From: Raja brachyura | Lineage: Eukaryota | Direction of reading: 5' to 3' | Length of the DNA stretch: 64,000 nt | Assembly: GCA_963514005.1 (NCBI GenBank) | Contig: OY740809.1 | Span: forward strand, 31,930,001-31,994,000 | Shown here: positions 61,556 through 64,000 of the stretch, in pieces | Position numbering within the stretch: the stretch's first letter is position 1 | Layout of the letters: each line of letters opens with the position of its first letter | Made by a program: the position numbers and the translations under genes | The notes under the pieces: generated by a model | Seen by the model: the letters and a program-made list of their open reading frames with translations, nothing else | Told to the model about the DNA's origin: nothing | Database searches by the model: none

Positions 61556-63313
61556 GGGACGAGACACAATGTGCTGGAGAAACTCAGCGGGCCAGGTAGC
61601 ATCATAGAAACATAGAATATCTCTGGATTACAAAAAAATGGGCGATGTTTCGGATCAGGACCCTTCTTCGGACTCCAGAGATGCTGCCCGTCCCGCTGGG
61701 TTACTCCAGCACTTTGTATCTATCTTTGACATAGACCAGCACCTGCAGTTCCTTCTGTCAGCATGTCACTGGGGAACGTGGAGAGGCGGCGTTTCTGCGT
61801 CGGGACCCTTCTTCACTCAGTTGGAAATATTCAAGAGTTTTCTGATCCGAGCGATCGAACTGCACATTTTTAAGAAGGGACTGCAGATGCTGGAAAATCG
61901 AAGGTTGTCAAAATGCTGGAGAAACTCAGCGGGTGAGGCAGCATCTATGGAGCGAAGGGAATAGGCAACGTTTCGGGCCGAAACCCTTCTTCAGAGTTTT
62001 GTGATCTCTGCTTACACAGCCCACAATGGTTAGGAGAACTTTCTTGATCAGATTACAGCAAGGTAGATTTTGAGCCAAATGTGGATTGCATTACGCATGC
62101 ATTCAATGTAACATCAAGAGTTCCTTATAAGTTGTCAATTTGCCTCCCTCATTAACAGTCGAGAGGAGACTCAAGGGACAGCAGATGCTGTTTTGCAAAA
62201 AAATAGTTAAAAGTGCTGGAGTAACTCAGCAGGTCAGCGAATCCCTTTGTGGATATTTATGTTCCCCAGAGATGCTGCCTGAGCCGCTGACTTACTCCAG
62301 CACATTTTTTGTTTTGAAAGAGAACATCTTTTTTTCTCCCCAATTTATCCACAGATTAGTCATGAGAACTTGTCCTTTTTAACATCCAAGCAGGATTGAA
62401 GTTTTTTGAAGCCGGATCTTGTAGTTTTAGATGAGTAGGTAGGCCAGGCATCTTTGGAAGGACTCCAGTAGCGAATTATGGACACAACCCAGACCATCAC
62501 ACAAACAAACTTTTGTTTAAGAAGGGACTGCAGATGCTGGTAGACAAAATGAAGGAAAAACTCAGCGGGTGAGGCAGCATCCATGGAGCGAAGGAAATAG
62601 GCAACGTTTCGGGCTGAAACCCTTCTTCAGACTGATGTGAGGGTGGGGACGGGAGAAGAAAGGGAGAGGGGGAGCCAGTGGGCTGAGGAATCGCTGGCGA
62701 GTTAGATGTGGCCCTTGTGGCTAAAGGGATCAGGGGGTATGGAGAGAAGGCTGGTACAGGATACTGAGTTGGATGATCAGCCATGATCACATTGAATGGC
62801 GGTGCAGGCTCGAAGGGCCGAATGGCCTACTCCTGCACCTGTTGTCTATGTTTCTATGTTTCTATGAGAGACGAGACACAATGTGCTGGAGCAACTCAGC
62901 GGGCCAGGTAGCATCATAGAAACATAGAATATCTCTGGATTAAAAAAAAAATGGGCGACGTTTCGGATCAGGACCCTTCCTCGGACTCCAGAGATGCTGC
63001 CCGTCCCGCTGGGTTACTCCAGCACTTTGTATCTATCTTTGACATCGACCAGCACCTGCAGTTCCTTCTGTCAGCATGTCACTGGGGAACGCGGAGAGGC
63101 GGCGTTTCTGGGTCGGGGACCCTTCTTCACTCAGTTGTAAATATTCGAGAGGCAGTTTTCTGATCCGAGCGATCGAACTGAACATTTTTAAGAAGGGAAC
63201 TGCAGATGCTGGAAAATCGAAGGTTGTCAAAATGCTGGGGAAACTCAGCGGGTGCGGCAGCATCTATGGAGCGAAGGAAATAGGTGACGTTTCGGGTCGA
63301 AATCCTTCTTCAG
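61388..63313 (+). repeat. Direct duplication of ~600 bp (61388-61993 and 62699-63313) bracketing the inverted copy of 37292-38139
   Basis: ORFs 61638 and 62951 share MGDVSDQDPSSDSRDAARPAGLLQHFVSIFDIDQHLQFLLSACHWGT; same composite junctions in both copies. Confidence 0.93.
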
Positions 63314-64000
63314 ATTCTTCAACTGAACATTTTATCTATGTGTTAAAGAAGGAACTGCAGATGCTGGAGAATCGAGGGTTACACAAAAAGCTGGAGAAAC
63401 TCAGAACATTTTATCTAGTTCCCCTCTCCCCGCCTGAGAATTGACACTATTTTAGCTTTCAGGATTCTGCCATCTGTTGCACATGGATTTTTATTTTTTG
63501 CTGGTGTTTAAACGCGGAGGAAGTAAAACTGAGCGGACTATCAGCATAATAGGGACGCCTTTATCCTGGCAGTGGCACTTGGTAATAGAGTTTGTATTGC
63601 CATCCTCTCGCCAGCGCTTTGTACAGGAAACAATCGCATTGAAAGCGCTCGCTAGATGTCAGCAGTTACTGTAGCGGGAATCCGCCAGGAATGTGACGGC
63701 GGCCCCCAACATGTCTTGCCAAGGAGCTACTGTTTCCCAATTGCAAATTTAAATCTGCCCAGAAAGATGGCCACAGTTGTGGTTGAATTAAGTGCCCGTC
63801 CCAATGCAGGGAGGAGAGGGGTAACACAAGCGCCGTTTGACAAATGAACATGGGTGTGAGTCAGCCCGGACCACAGTCTGAAGAAGGGTCTCGACCCGAA
63901 TCGTCGCCTATCTCCTTCGCTCCTTAGATGCTGCTGCACCCGCTGAGTTTCCCCAGCCTTTTGTGTACACCTCGATTCTCCAGCATCTGCAGTTCCTTCT

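Noticed and set aside
25336-64000. NKAIN1, expected downstream of SNRNP40 from human synteny
   Set aside because: No segment resembling NKAIN1 peptides (e.g. ERQIFDFLGYQWAPI) was seen in this window.
1-64000. CRISPR arrays or prokaryotic operons
   Set aside because: The sequence is vertebrate. Recurrent short motifs are dispersed retroelement tails, not regularly spaced repeats.

Overview
Eukaryotic genomic DNA, most likely a skate or ray (cartilaginous fish). This is inferred from the repeat complement: HER1/CR1 LINEs, HE1/V-SINE-like tRNA SINEs, Penelope, Rex1 and shark-type Tx1. The window holds the 5' part of ZCCHC17 (- strand, 3 coding exons) head-to-head with a complete 10-exon SNRNP40 (+ strand, 348 aa), sharing a CCAAT/CRE/GC-box bidirectional promoter. 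From about 29 to 60 kb a chain of minus-strand exon-like segments with good splice signals suggests an unidentified, partly decayed membrane-protein gene convergent with SNRNP40. The rest is densely nested transposable elements. Main observations: (1) many hammerhead-ribozyme-like motifs from a young Penelope element, including ~95-100 nt mini-insertions and a palindromic double unit with clean 11-14 bp target-site duplications (TSDs); (2) the unidentified gene, with a heptad repeat showing only synonymous changes; (3) a tandem-duplicated splice acceptor in SNRNP40 that would create a frameshifted isoform; (4) an ~850 bp inverted duplication 24 kb apart, flanked by a direct duplication. Coordinates were read by eye and TE boundaries are approximate.
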